From contig NC_045697.1 of the NCBI RefSeq assembly GCF_009834535.1, forward strand, positions 23,686,001-23,750,000: a DNA stretch of 64,000 nucleotides, in the 5' to 3' direction. The DNA comes from Camelus ferus. Taxonomy: Eukaryota. The first letter of the stretch is position 1, and each line of letters begins with the position of its first letter. Made by a program: the position numbers and the translations under genes. This document shows, piece after piece, positions 38,779 through 51,650 of this stretch. The notes beneath the pieces were generated by a model. That model did no database searches. It was not told where the DNA came from and saw nothing but the letters and a program-made list of their open reading frames with translations.

Positions 38779-40199
38779 GAAAGATACTTAGCTAAGAGTA
38801 CTTCTTGCCAGCAGTAAGGAAAACTCATTAGAAAGAGGCTGAAGGTATAGACCTGTGGTGAGATTAAGGAAGTCAGGAAGAAGTACTGCTCATGCCAGGA
38901 AATTGAAAGCAGAGGTCCCCAGTGGTATGGGAGGGTGAGAGAAGCTCTGAAGAATTCCATGAAAATTATTTTCATGGGACAAAGAAAGAGCACCAAAATG
39001 CTGGATTAGTACTGCTCCAGTGCAAACATACAACTCCCAAGTTGTGAGTAAAATACAGTTTTATTTATTTATAAAATTATTTAGCCTCCCACCGTCACAT
39101 TAAAATTTATTCATGAAAGTAATCTCTATGCCACCAGATGAAAACTTCCCAAACTCTTAGGCAATAAACAATGCTATTCCCTCTTTGATGCAGAGTCTCC
39201 ATCCTGAAACTAGATATATTATCCTGCTGAAGAGAGTAATCAATAATTATTTAATTATAAGAAATCTCCCAGTAATCACACCCTCATCCCCATACCCTGA
39301 AATTGGTAGCTCTTGGCATTTGAGGGAGGAGTATATAATCTTTCTGCTGTCTCCCCCTGATTCTGGTTACATCTTCTCCTGTAGTAGGTGGATGAGATGA
39401 GGTGTAGACTGCATGACTGCTAGTGGTTAAAACAGCTTCTTTTTTATATTCAGAAATTCCAAACTCTGGGCATCTCTTACTCTTATTAAGGGTGAATGCA
39501 TTTCTATTTTAAGTGCTTGTTCAGTCCCCAGTATTTCAGCTTTCACTAGCAGTTTCCTGATGCTGGAGTCTCTCCACATCTCTCATTGAATTTTGTATAG
39601 GAAACTACACACTCTCACACCAGTTTTATCTCTTGCAGGTTCACCTCTGATTCTCAGAAAATACTAACACATTCCTTGACTCAACAAATTCTGAGAGAAC
39701 TTGCCCATCTCAATCAGCTTACATTTTACTCTCATATGTTGCCAGTGGCTGTCAGCCCCCAGTCCAAGGTGATCCCCAAGTTCAGGAAAACAAATTAAGC
39801 TCTCTGAAACAAATTAAACAGGTGACTTGAAGAAGAGAACTTTGAACTTTGGGAAGCCAGATTTTAAAAAAATAATAATAATAAAGACTAGTATCTGCTG
39901 AATAAGCATCTCAAATAAGGGGTACAGTATCTAAAATTTTTAATACACTTCCCTTAGATTATTGTAACTCACAGTAGAGTTTGAGTGAGATTAGCTTATC
40001 CACAGCTTTCCCTTTTTCTCTCCTTTAAAAAAAAATTCACTTATCTCTTCATTTGTCATCAGTTTTAAGATACATAACAACAACAACAACAAAATGGTGC
40101 ATACAATGTGGTCCCTTCGGACATCCTGTCTCCTGTTACTGAGTAATTTCTAGAGCTAGTCACATAGGTAAGTAATTAACCAAGAGAACAGCAGCATGA

Positions 40200-40563
40200 C
40201 TATCATAAAATTATTTGTTCCCAGTGGGTAGGTGACTGGCTTGTTGCAATTTCCTACAGCATTTGCTATTTTCTTAAAATAAGTGCTTGGCCTTTGGACA
40301 TGAGTTCTTCATTTGTGACAGAAACCCCCTGCATGAATAGTGTCCACCTGGGCCCATTGTCTCACCCAAGGGGGAACTGTGGGCGAGGGAAAACAATGCA
40401 AATATGCTGATATCTGTGTCATCTGCTAGGCTGTGAGTAATCAATTCCTTTGTCTCTGATCCAGAGGTCTTGCATTTTCTCTCAGAATCCACAAAACTGC
40501 TAGGTTAAATTTGTAGTTTAAGAAGTAGGGTGAAAAATCTCAGACATTTTAGAGTTCCTGATA
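40200..40563 (+). mobile_element. ERVL LTR (LTR40-like) relic
   Basis: gctgtgagtaatcaattcctttgtctctgatccag...gtagggtgaaaaatctcagac...gttcctgata resembles the recalled LTR40 3' end; 5' boundary uncertain. Confidence 0.55.
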
Positions 40564-40672
40564 TACTCCTTAACCAGTATGAATAAGAGGCTATTTTCAG
40601 ATTGAGATTAAAAATTTTGTGTTCACTTCTCAGATAAATCCACAAAAACAAAAACTGTTAAAGTTTAAGCAA

Positions 40673-41145
40673 TGTGTTAGCTTCTAATTACTCTGTGACT
40701 AATTACCACAAAAGCACAGTGGCTAAAAGAACATAAATTTATTATCATATAGTTCAAGAAGTCAGAAGTCCAAAATTAATCCCAATAGGCTAACGTCAAG
40801 GCATTGGCAATTTAGAGACTCTTGAAGTGAGTTGGATTTTTTGCACTTTCTAGTTTCTAGGGCCTGTCTTGATCCTTGGGTCATGGCTTCTTGTTCACAG
40901 TTAAATCACTCCAACCTCTGTCTCTGTAGCCATATTTCCTACTTCTCACTCTGACCTTCTGCCTTTCTCTTATAAGGACCCTTGTAATTACACTGGGCCT
41001 GGATAATCCAGGGTAATCTTCCCAACTCAAGATCCGTAACTCAATCACATTTGCCTAGTTCCTTTGCATTGTACGACAACATCTTCACAGGTTCTGGAGA
41101 TAAGGACATAGACAATTCTGAGGGGCCATTATTTAGTCTACCACA
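40673..41145 (-). mobile_element. MLT1D-like solo LTR
   Basis: tgtgttagcttc...aattaccacaaa...ataaggacccttgtaattacactgggcc...ggggccattatttagtctaccaca. Confidence 0.85.
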
Positions 41146-41359
41146 AGGTATTCAAGTCTGCTCTGGGCCCCATAATGGTCCAAACTTGATCACACAGAGA
41201 AAATTTAAAGAGAAATCTTTAGGGAAGTCACAGACCTTTGCAGGGGGCCTGAGGTTCTAAGAATAAGAAATAAAGCTTTACACACAGGGACTCAGAGCAT
41301 AATCAGGACTTAGCTGCATCATATATAACACAGCATCATGAAGGCAACTGTGATATTTT

Positions 41360-41560
41360 ACCCACAGCACTAGAGACAGGATAGACATATGATCACAAGA
41401 ACCTGAATTCTATCCATATGGGTACTTGTGTGTTCTCGATGAGACTATGTAACCTATGTTTTCTAACCTAATTGGTTCATCTATTAAAAGGAATCAATAC
41501 CTCTGATTGAACTTTTATGAGAAGCAATTTGGTAAAAACACATTATTAATTATAATGTTA
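41360..41560 (+). mobile_element. MIR fragment
   Basis: caagaacctgaattctatcc...ttcatctattaaaaggaatcaatacct. Confidence 0.4.
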
Positions 41561-41869
41561 AGCAAATACATAATTTGTATCATGGTATTTCAGTATTATA
41601 ATTTAGTTTAGAATTTATTTCTATTATATATTACATTGTTATGGAAAGAAATACTACTATAAATTATAATCAATATCTAAATTGATAATGTAATCTTTAA
41701 TTTAAAAGTTATTGAAGTCTCTGGTTCATATTTGTGGTGTGGAAACTATTATTTTTTAGAAATCTTCAATATTCAGTTTTAATAAAATCATTTTATAGGA
41801 TATTCAAAATATACAGAGGACAGTAAAACAAAGAATTATATTACAAATAATATTTGCAGACTCCCTTCA

Positions 41870-42233
41870 TGTTACAGATAGAATATCTATGCCCCCTTAA
41901 AGAATTCAGATGTTGAAATCCTAACTCCTAGTGTGACGGTACCAGGAGATGAGGCCTCTTGGTGGTGATTAGGGCACAAGGGCAGAGCCCTCATGAATGG
42001 AATGAATGTCATTTTAAAGGAGACCCCCGAGAGGCCTCTTGCCCCTTCCACCATGTGAGGACATAACAGAATGTCATCTCTGTATTAACCACAAAGTAGA
42101 CAGCACTAGACACTGAATCTGCCAGTGCCCTGATCTTGGACTTCCCAGCCTCTGGAACTGTGAGAAATTATATTGCTTGTAAGCCACCCAGTCTATGGTA
42201 TTTTTGTTTTAGCATCCTAAGTGGACTAAGACA
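41870..42233 (+). mobile_element. MLT1A0-like solo LTR
   Basis: TG...gttgaaatcctaactcc...agagccctcatgaatgg...atcttggacttcccagcctctggaactgtgagaaat...gactaagaCA. Confidence 0.88.
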
Positions 42234-42779
42234 CCACACTGTTAAATAAAAACATATGTACTTTTGTCCCATGGTGGCATCAATGATAGAATAATCATAT
42301 GTGTACAGAAATTTTTAAGAAACCTTTAGAAAATTCAAGAACGCCTTCCTCTTTAGCCTCATAATTTGTGGTTTTCTAATGCCTACTGGGATAATTCTGA
42401 TACAAAGGAACTCACCACTAAAGGAAATAAATAGAAAATAAATACCATTTAATAGTGAGAGCTATATGTGCATAGTAATGATGAGTTCAGTCTCACATCA
42501 TACATGCCTCATACTCCTTTGTACATTATATTTTAATAATCTGAGCAGTCATTGGTCTTCCCTAATATAGTGTAGGCTCTTTAAATCAGAAGCAGTATTT
42601 TCTTCATCCTTCTATCCTCAGGTCCTGGCACAAAGCACTCTTTAAAAGGAATTTCTTAATGAAAACATTAAGATATTATGAAATAATTGTTCTCAGAAAT
42701 TAAATACTGGCATAGTTATCAATATTAGGTCATGAACAAGACAATTAAATAATGAAAGTGATGAATTGGCAAAGGTGGC

Positions 42780-43290
42780 TTAGTGTTTGAATGCAGAACA
42801 AATTCAATGAGATGAAGATGAGAAACTTAAAAAATATTTCTCTAGATGAGACTCATAGTTACAGGAACTTAGACTAAGGTGGCAGCAATGGATGTAAATA
42901 GTCATCCGGGACATACTGTAGAAGAAGAATGGATTGTCCTGAATGACTACATGAATAAATGAAATGAAGAAAATAATTAAATGTGAGATCCTGTTCCTAA
43001 GGATGTTGCTGAAGAACTTACAGTATTATTGACATAAATGCAGGAACTAAGAAGCATACTGTATTAGGAATAAAATATCAAATATTAGTGTTTGGATTTT
43101 GAGACAACATTCAGGCATTCAAATGTAAATTTCTTTTTCTAAATTTGGAAATATAGGAGTAGAGGATTAATTAAAATAAAAATCAACATGTGGAGTTTTA
43201 CTGAAGAAGCAACAGCTGTATTGTGAGCCTAGATTAATTGGGGGGAATTATGAACAGTACATTTTCAAAAGCAGAGGAATCAACATTGAA
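42780..43290 (-). mobile_element. Degenerate L2 fragment
   Basis: tagactaaggtggcagcaatgg...ttagtgtttggattttgagacaacattcaggcattcaaatg. Confidence 0.45.
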
Positions 43291-45289
43291 CTCTGACTTA
43301 GAGACTGGAAATGCTACCATTTATTGAGTGTGTAGCGTGTGCCAACTACAGACAGGAACTGGGGTTTAGAGAGGATAAGGGAGTTTGCCTGCGATCACAT
43401 GACTACTAAATGACTAAATGCTATCAAATTGAAGATCCAGGATTCATCCTCACTCTATTTCAAAATCTCCTTTTCCTCACCAATTCTAACAAAGGTAACA
43501 CACATGGAAAAGATGGAAAAAGAAAGGTAAATCCAGGTTTTAACGCAGATGAGTATTTTAAGAATGGGTTATTAAATGTATAGGTTGATATGTGAAGAAA
43601 AAGTTGAAGATGATGAAAATGAAATGTGATACAAGGATCAAGCTGTCCTTGAGGGGCCACGCTTGTAAAATCATATCACTGTTTTCTGGCCATCATTATG
43701 TAAAAGTAGGTTATCCATGGATCGTCTAGTGATTAAAGTTCTTAAGTTTCATAAACAGTCTTCCCCAGAAGTGCTTCTAGCAAATTTGTCTTGAAAGATT
43801 TCCATAGCCCTGAACACTCAAGGTCTCATGTAACTGACAGGATACTGACAGGGGCAATTTTAAACTGTTAAAAGACTGCTGTATTTGATTTTTCCCTGTG
43901 CTGATTTCAGTAAAAGAGGAGGAAATGTTCATTATGCCAAAAAGAATGTAAAACACAAAATATGATGCCAGTTTCTGAGACTTTTCCATCCAAGTTTTCT
44001 CCTATCAAATGATAGGAATATGTCAAAATTATAGTCAGGGAAAACGAAGTAAATGTTGGTTGATCTCAAGCTAAGAAAGTAGTTACCGTTAACAAGCTTT
44101 GCAATTTTACAAACCCCTATTTATGTATAACAGAACATGATTTTATATTAGCCAGAAAAGATGACAGGGAAAGGGGTAATATTCACTGCCATAAAAATGA
44201 TCTTCACTTATATGGGGCAGGTTTTATTCTTTGATTTTCAATTTGATTTAATGCTCAACCTAATGAAAATGTTGCAGCAAATAAAATGCACTTCCACTGC
44301 ACAATCATTTGTGATTTTGTATGAATTAGCTGTGAATAAATTCAGTTCTTCATAAATGAAGTTATTTAGTTGTCCAACATTAAACTGCTTACTATATTGT
44401 GAACAGCAGAAAAGAAAAGGTTAATTTAGAACAGTATTAAGAAAAAAAAAAAGTTCAGTAAGGGAAAATGCAAGGTTTAGTCAAAACAGACAATTGGGAA
44501 CAAATGTCGAGGAGCAAAATACACTAATTGAAAACCAGGCAGGAAATTTTTCCATTTCTTCCTTTTTTAGTGCACTGATTAAAAAAAAATAGTTAATTAG
44601 CACACATCACCAGATCTACTCCACACTGGGAGTTTAACCTTGTAATTTTGTCATTTTTTTCCAGAGAAGCAGGGTGTTTAATGAAAGCACCATTAAGTTA
44701 TAAATGCATAATGATGTGTATTGTCGATAGACCGGAGACTATTCAAAACATTCCTTTGTAAATGTTGCATGTTTCCAGCATTTATCTACCACTTCATGTT
44801 TACCAAGTGCTTTATTCTGATTCAAAAATCTATTTCTCAAAATCATGTGGAATGTATTTTTTTAAAGGCTATTAGAACACACAATGGTGACACTTCTCTT
44901 TGGTTTATTTTTACTAACAGTTTATATCATTTACATTATTTAACCACGATTACTTCCAATGATATTGGAAAGCACTGCAATTCTGCAGCATCCACTAGAA
45001 CACCCTGACTCAATTCTTATTTATCTGTTGTCTATTGTGAGAAGCATGAATGTACATGCTGGGTCCTTATCTTTTCAGAGACTTTACATCTATCTGAGGA
45101 ATCAGATTTCCTATCATGTGTGTTAAACAGTAAAACAAGGCAGCTGAATCTCACGCAGCTTCTTACACCTACATTGATGCAGGATTTCTTGAGGCATGTC
45201 CTCTGGCATTCATTACCACAATCAAAATAGCCCCAACTTAATCACCCAGGGAAGAAATAACTGCATGCAGATGACTCGCAATAATAAAA

Positions 45290-45535
45290 GGCATCATTAG
45301 TTGAGCATGCTTTCTGCATCAGACATTGTGTTAAGCATGTTTATCGAGTATTCAGCCTTTGGCGGCTCATCATAACTCCATGAAGCAGCTGTTATAATTA
45401 CTCCCCATTTTTAGATGAGAAAACTGAGTTTTAGAGAGTCTAAATTGCCCAACGTTGTATAACTAGATGAGCTGGAGCTGGTATTCACATTCACGTAGCC
45501 TGAATCCAGACTCTAATCTAGTGAAATATACTTCC
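45290..45535 (-). mobile_element. MIR SINE
   Basis: ccccatttttagatgagaaaactgag...aaattgcccaacg...gagctggtattcacattcacgtagcctgaatccaga. Confidence 0.8.
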
Positions 45536-45743
45536 TCCCCATTTCATTGGGGACTTGGAATGCCTCACCCTAGTGACTATTTAAACAAGCACTGTTTAGT
45601 TTAGCTATCCTTCTATTCCCCTAGTTACAATAAGAGGACAAGCAGAGCCAGGATTATTCCATTAGGTTGAAAAAATAATTTCCCACCTACTTTTGTCTGT
45701 CAGGATTTGCCTCACACACTTTGGCTTATGATGCACCTGAGTT

Positions 45744-45779
<36 letters not shown>
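45744..45779. repeat. (GACA)9 microsatellite
   Basis: Uninterrupted GACA units. Confidence 0.95.
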
Positions 45780-47754
45780 CAAAATAATCCAGGCAGACTG
45801 TTTAAGCTTTGCCCAGCCTCTGTATATAGTCAGGAGGGCAGCTGTTCCTGTGATGGCAGATTCTCTGGGGATGCCTTGGCTGTGACTACCCATATGATTA
45901 CGATCGCAGATTTCAGTCTGGCAAAGCGAGAGCATATTCTGACCAGGGCAAGTGGAAGGAGACAGGGTCATGCATTCAGAGTATTGGGGAATCATACAAT
46001 TTCAGAGTTGGAAAGGCTCAAAGTTGCCTATCTCTTCATACTAACAGTATCTGACCCAATTCAAAATGATCATTATGCATCCCATCACAGCAGAAAGAGG
46101 AGAAAGCCTTTGTTAACTGGGCTGCTCAGAATGCTCTAGTTATTTTAACTGTAGTATCTAGTTGTCTTTTGTGGTCTGACTGTTATATGTTGCAAAGGTG
46201 GGGGGTAAAGTTACAATATGTTGCACAGGAAGGGACAGATAATACAAAGACAGCACTGACTCAGGGATATCACCTCAGATGGTGGTGGGTCTTCCTCTCT
46301 CTTGCTTCAATCGCTAATACATTCTTACAGTCCAATCTAGGTACCGAGCCAACCCTAACAAACCTGGCAACATTATTTTGAGCTCTATTACCGCCTTGCT
46401 GTATTGTTGTGGCCACAGATACCAACAAGCTAAAAGAGTTGTAGTTTTCACTCTTGCCACTTTTCCTTTGCGAAATTTCACTCCCTTGACAGAGATTTAG
46501 CCCCTGCTGTTTTCACCCAGTCTCTCAAATGGGGCTTGTGTCTGGACTGCTTTCTCTTTATGAGTTTTTCCACATTAGGTCTGAATCTTGCCTTCAACCC
46601 CAGGGCATTTGGCTAGGATACCCACAAAATAACTTCTCCTAGAAGTTGACCTTTTGATTTCTGACTCCCAAGTCATCATACTATTACTGATTCTGATTTA
46701 CCTTAGATGGACCTATTACACCATGGCTCTCTCACCTCACAATATTTATTGCTTCAACAATATCCTCCTTGTTATCCTTCAGCTCTTGGACAGTGCCACA
46801 AGCTCACAATGGGCAACAGTTCCTCTTTATGACCTGGTCTAATGTTCACATACTTTTGAGGCCTTTCATAATGGCAGATTTTCCTCTTAGATCCAGTCTT
46901 ACTTTCTTTTTTTTTCACTGGTCGTCCAACACTTGGGTTTCAATGTGCTTTTTTCAAATGTTCTTGTTTTTCAATGTTCCTTTTCAAAATTGATCGTAGG
47001 CCATTTCTTATTATTCTTTCTAACTATAAAAAACGTATTTTTAATATTCCTCTGGATATAAAAGGAGGACTCAAACTCAGGAAAAATCCAATAAAACATG
47101 TTATGCCCAAGTGCAATCTCCACAAAAATTATGACAGCAGTAACTTTTTCTTTTGAAATGTATTTCCAATTTTTTGGAATAATCTTCTTGTTTTAAGGAA
47201 AATCCTTAATCCTATCAGCTAAGAGGTTTTAATAGATGGCTTTTAAGCCTTTGGTATTATCCAAAAATAATCTATTTAGGAATAAAAGTGGCATTAAGAA
47301 AGTGGTTGAAGAGGCTTTGCCTGAACTTTCCGTAGTGCATCAGTCTCTGTACACTTAAAGAAATGAACTGCCTTTAAATAGTCTAATGGCTTTTAGAGGC
47401 ACTCTAGTAAAACAACACTTCCTTTCAGTTATTTGATGCACTAAATGTATTTCTGCTCCAGTAGTTTCACGTTAAGTGTTCCTTTCTCCTAAATTGTTTT
47501 TCTATTTGCATATATATCTCTGTAGCTATAGATCCATAGTACATTTTGCACAACTAAAGAAAAAGTAGTTTAAATCTAGAAAGTTCAAATGTAAGAAGTG
47601 TAGTCCCCAGCAACTCTTTACTATGTCTTCCCAAATTGCTTTTTTTTTTCTAATTCAGGACTTCTGTTTATTTCAAGTGGTCTTCATTTTTATTACTTGA
47701 ATTTTATGTTTATAGCGATTAATCTCAAATGTTCATTCAAATACTTATCATTAA

Positions 47755-47995
47755 CAGTTAATTTTTAGTGAATACTTTATTAGTGGCTGATACTGTTCTA
47801 AGTACTTACATGTATTAATTTATTTAATACTCTCAAGAACTCTTTAGAGTAGGTGCTGTTATTATCCTCATTTGATTGGTTAAAAAAAGGAAAGAGAAGT
47901 TAAATAACGTGTACATAGTTGGACTGGTAGAGGAGGAAACTGCATCCATTAAACCTGGTTCTCAAGTCAGACCTCATAGCATTAGCCCCTGCGCT
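47755..47995 (-). mobile_element. MIR SINE
   Basis: tactgttctaagtacttacatgtattaatttatttaatactctcaagaactc...gtaggtgctgttattatcctcatt. Confidence 0.75.
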
Positions 47996-48959
47996 ATTTT
48001 GTTGAAGAGCAGAGAATCTTCTTAACTCACTGAAGGCCACCTAAATAGTGTTTGATACAAGGGGGATTTCAATCCAAGTTTTCAAACTCCAATTCCAGCA
48101 CTGTTTATTTTCCTGTGAAACTTTTCATAATAAACTGCTCATAATGCTATAAGAAACTCGGCACTCCCTGCTATGATCCTAGAAGTGGGCATTTCAAAAT
48201 ACTTTTGTCAAGAGGGATATCAAGAAACCTTTTCTAGCACTTTCCCCATCACCACCACTGTTACATCCTCAACTGGAGGAATTCATTAGGGAATATTTTG
48301 TCAATATAGAACCTTTGCAGAAGGATAAATATGTCTGGACTGGGGTAGGGAAAGGAAGTTCTTTTTCTCTTTAGCCAGTGTGTTCTGGATTGGTCTCTCT
48401 TTGCTAGTAGATAATGTGGGTGCTGGAAGCAAATGGCAGATATCCTAGTTATTATTATCCTAGATTTAGCTAAAAGGAAAAGATGAATGTGAGAACCAAT
48501 GAAGGTATTTCTTATTTATTTCAAAGAGTAATGCATGACTCTCAGATCAAAATTCAACACCAGAGGTCTATGCTAGCACATCTGAGACACTGCCATGTGA
48601 CACTTTTTTATATATTTACACATCTAGTATGCATTAAGCACTGTATCAAGCACTAGGTGTAAAAAGAGAGAGAGAAATAGAACATGGATTTTATTCTGCT
48701 TTCATCAGTAAGATATGAGGGGGAAAATGTTACAAGTTTGGAGGAAGGTCATGCTGCCTCCTGACAGAGAACAAGAAGAAACTCTGAATACTTACTATTA
48801 GACTTCTTTATAGGCCATACTAGCTGGTCTTTTGCTGATTCCTTCCCTTCTTGTCAGCCCTTTGCTGTAGGGGTTGAAGCCCTTGAATGAGTCTTGACTT
48901 CAAACTTCCTATTTTTTCTCTAGCATAAACCTTTTGTCTGCTCTGTACTCCAGACATAT

Positions 48960-49775
48960 GCCTCCATTCTCAAGCCTAATGTAGCCAAATCTGCATTCCT
49001 GACCTCACTCTGTGTTCCCCAAATTTCTTCCACTCACAGTCTTCTCAATTCATACAATAGAAACTCTCTTTTCCCCAATTTCTCATTTAAAAACAAACAA
49101 ACAGAAAAAAATCTAGAATTCACCCATGAATTCTCTCACAATCCACTTTTAATCAATCAGGAAATTCTGTTCATTCAACTTTTAAAATAAATCTAGAATC
49201 TGAAAGCTTCTTATCTCATTCAACTCAGATTTGGGTCCTGATCCCAGCTGTCCTCCTTTATGGTCTGGATGACTGCAATATTTTTTTGAATCAGCTGCCC
49301 TGCTTCCACACCTGCACCCTACCCACATTCTACTCTTAACACAAAAGCTACAGTCTTCTTATTCATTTCTAAGTCAGACATGGTCCACTGCTCTACCCAA
49401 ATCCTTCCACTGGCTTCCCATTTCTCCACGAGTAGAAGTGAAATTCTCCACAATGGACTGCAAAGTCCAATATGATCTTGGCAACATTACCCTTCTAACC
49501 TCACCTGCTACCACTTCCCTCATTCATTCCAGCCATACTGGCCTCTTGCTACTTTCGGAGCATGTCAGGAACATTGTTACATGATGAATGTTCTGCCTAA
49601 AATGTTCTTTCCCAGGTAAGAGCATGGCTTACTCCTCATTGCCATACGTTTTCACTCAGTCATCTTTCAGTAAAGATGACCACTCCCTCCCTCTCCCTAG
49701 TCACTTTTCACATTTTGCACTTCTTTCTCTCTCTCTACTGTACTCATTATACTCTAGCATGTGTTTATTACTGTT
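48960..49775 (+). mobile_element. L2 fragment
   Basis: aatcaatcaggaaattctg...tctggatgactgcaata...aatccttccactggcttccc...ccagccatactggcctcttgct. Confidence 0.75.
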
Positions 49776-49779
49776 TTAA

Positions 49780-49985
49780 GCATGATACATAGATTAATTA
49801 ATTTAATCCATATGATAACTCAACTGGGTAGAAATCATTATTATCTCCACCTAAAAAATGGGAACATTATGACACAAAACAGTTGACCATCCTATCCAAT
49901 TTACATTGCTAGGAAGTGGCTGAGCTGGAATGTAAAACTGACTTGAGATCCAGTTCTCTCAATCACTATGCTGTGCTGCTTCTAG
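49780..49985 (-). mobile_element. MIR fragment
   Basis: atttaatccatatgataact...attattatctccac...aggaagtggctgagctggaat. Confidence 0.65.
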
Positions 49986-51160
49986 GAGGTATTGCACTAT
50001 AATCTGCGGTTTGCAGAGAGTTACCCTGAGGGCACCCAAGGAAGGGAGTTTCCAGGCTGAAGCTTAGGAATAGGCAAGGATGTTTTACAAAGTACAAAGA
50101 GTTCACCCTTGAAAGGTGTAATCACGTTAGGCCAAATAAATAAACATAGCATCACTGGCAGAGGGAATAAAACAAAGACGTAGAATGTTTGGCATGTAGA
50201 GAGGACTACATCAAGTTACAGTATTAATTGACCATAAAATGTCTAGTCATAAAGAGCCATGTACAGTGTGTATATATATATATATATGGTGGACAGTATG
50301 AATACATGCTGGAAAATGAAGTGGGTTGTTACTGTAACTGAGTTTCCCAGAGCAGGCCTTAAGAAAGGTATTCTGTGAAAGAGCAGGAGAGGAGCCAAGT
50401 GAGAAAGTAAGGAAAGGAGAACAATGGGGGGCAGGCACTGAGTCAGGGAGTGTGAATCTGGCCCAGTCTCACAAGGGAATCATGTATAATGGGCTTTCAA
50501 GGAAAAAATACAAGATAAAAAGTTAGATTAATCTATCTCCTGGAATGTTTCAGGAAAGCTTTATTAAACTAAAGGTACATTCCTAAATACACACAAATTG
50601 TGTAAATATTACCGTGTTTGGCTATTCCCTTGACAAGGGGAAATGCCTGTGTCTGAGGAAAATTTTACTTTCTGACAGCCACACCTTCTTAAGTGCCCTT
50701 CCAGACAAATTGTCTGTATCTGGCTAATGTTTAATGAACACAATGATGAGGAATAAACTTAAATAACAAGGCAAGAGAAATCAGTGGAGGTCCTTAAGGG
50801 AGAAATTTGCCTTTAGTGACTAAGAATTGGAGGACCCTAATTTGGTAGTCAAAAAACTATTTCTGAAATATTTAACAGTTTATAAATGATTCTTTATCAT
50901 AGAATATAATAATATCTGCCTTACCAACTCACATATCATTACTGTGAAGATCAGAGAATAAAAAGCATGTTAAGAAAGTTAAAACTGTAATGAACAACAA
51001 AGCTTGATATATATAAATCAGTTTATGATTTCTGGTTCATTCAGTCTCTACCTTCTAGAAATCCTATTGCAGATGCTTTAACACAGTATCTTTGTATATT
51101 TGCACAAATATTGGATGTATGTGTTTGTATGTATGGATGTAAGTTTTCTTCCCTTACCCA

Positions 51161-51650
51161 TAGAAGTAAGCAAAATAATGGCCCCCTAAAGATTTCCATA
51201 TCCTAATTCCCAGAACCCACAGCAAGCAGGGATAAAGTTACAGATGGAATGAAAATCGTTAGTCAGCAGACCTTGGAATGGTGAGATTATGCTTAATTAT
51301 CTGGATGGTTTAAACGTAATTACAAGGGTCCTATATATTTGGAAGAGAGACACAGAAAAGTACTTACCAGAGGACTGCGACATGAGAAAGACTCAACTGG
51401 ATATTGCAGGATTTTGAAGAGGGAACAGAGTCATGAGCCAAGGAACATCAGGCTGATTCAATAAACTGGAAACATAAGGAAGTGAGTTTTCTCCTAGAGT
51501 CTCCAGAAGGAATGCAACCATGCCAACACCACTAGTTTAGCCCACTGAGACTTATCTTGGATATCTTACATCAAACTCTTTCAGATAATAAAATTGTGTT
51601 AAACCACTAAATATGTGCTGTTTGTTACAGCAGAAACAGGAAACTAATGA
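51161..51650 (+). mobile_element. MLT1D-like solo LTR
   Basis: aataatggccccctaaagat...gtaattacaagggtcct...ttctcctagagtctccagaaggaatgca...tttgttacagcagaaacaggaaactaat. Confidence 0.85.
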
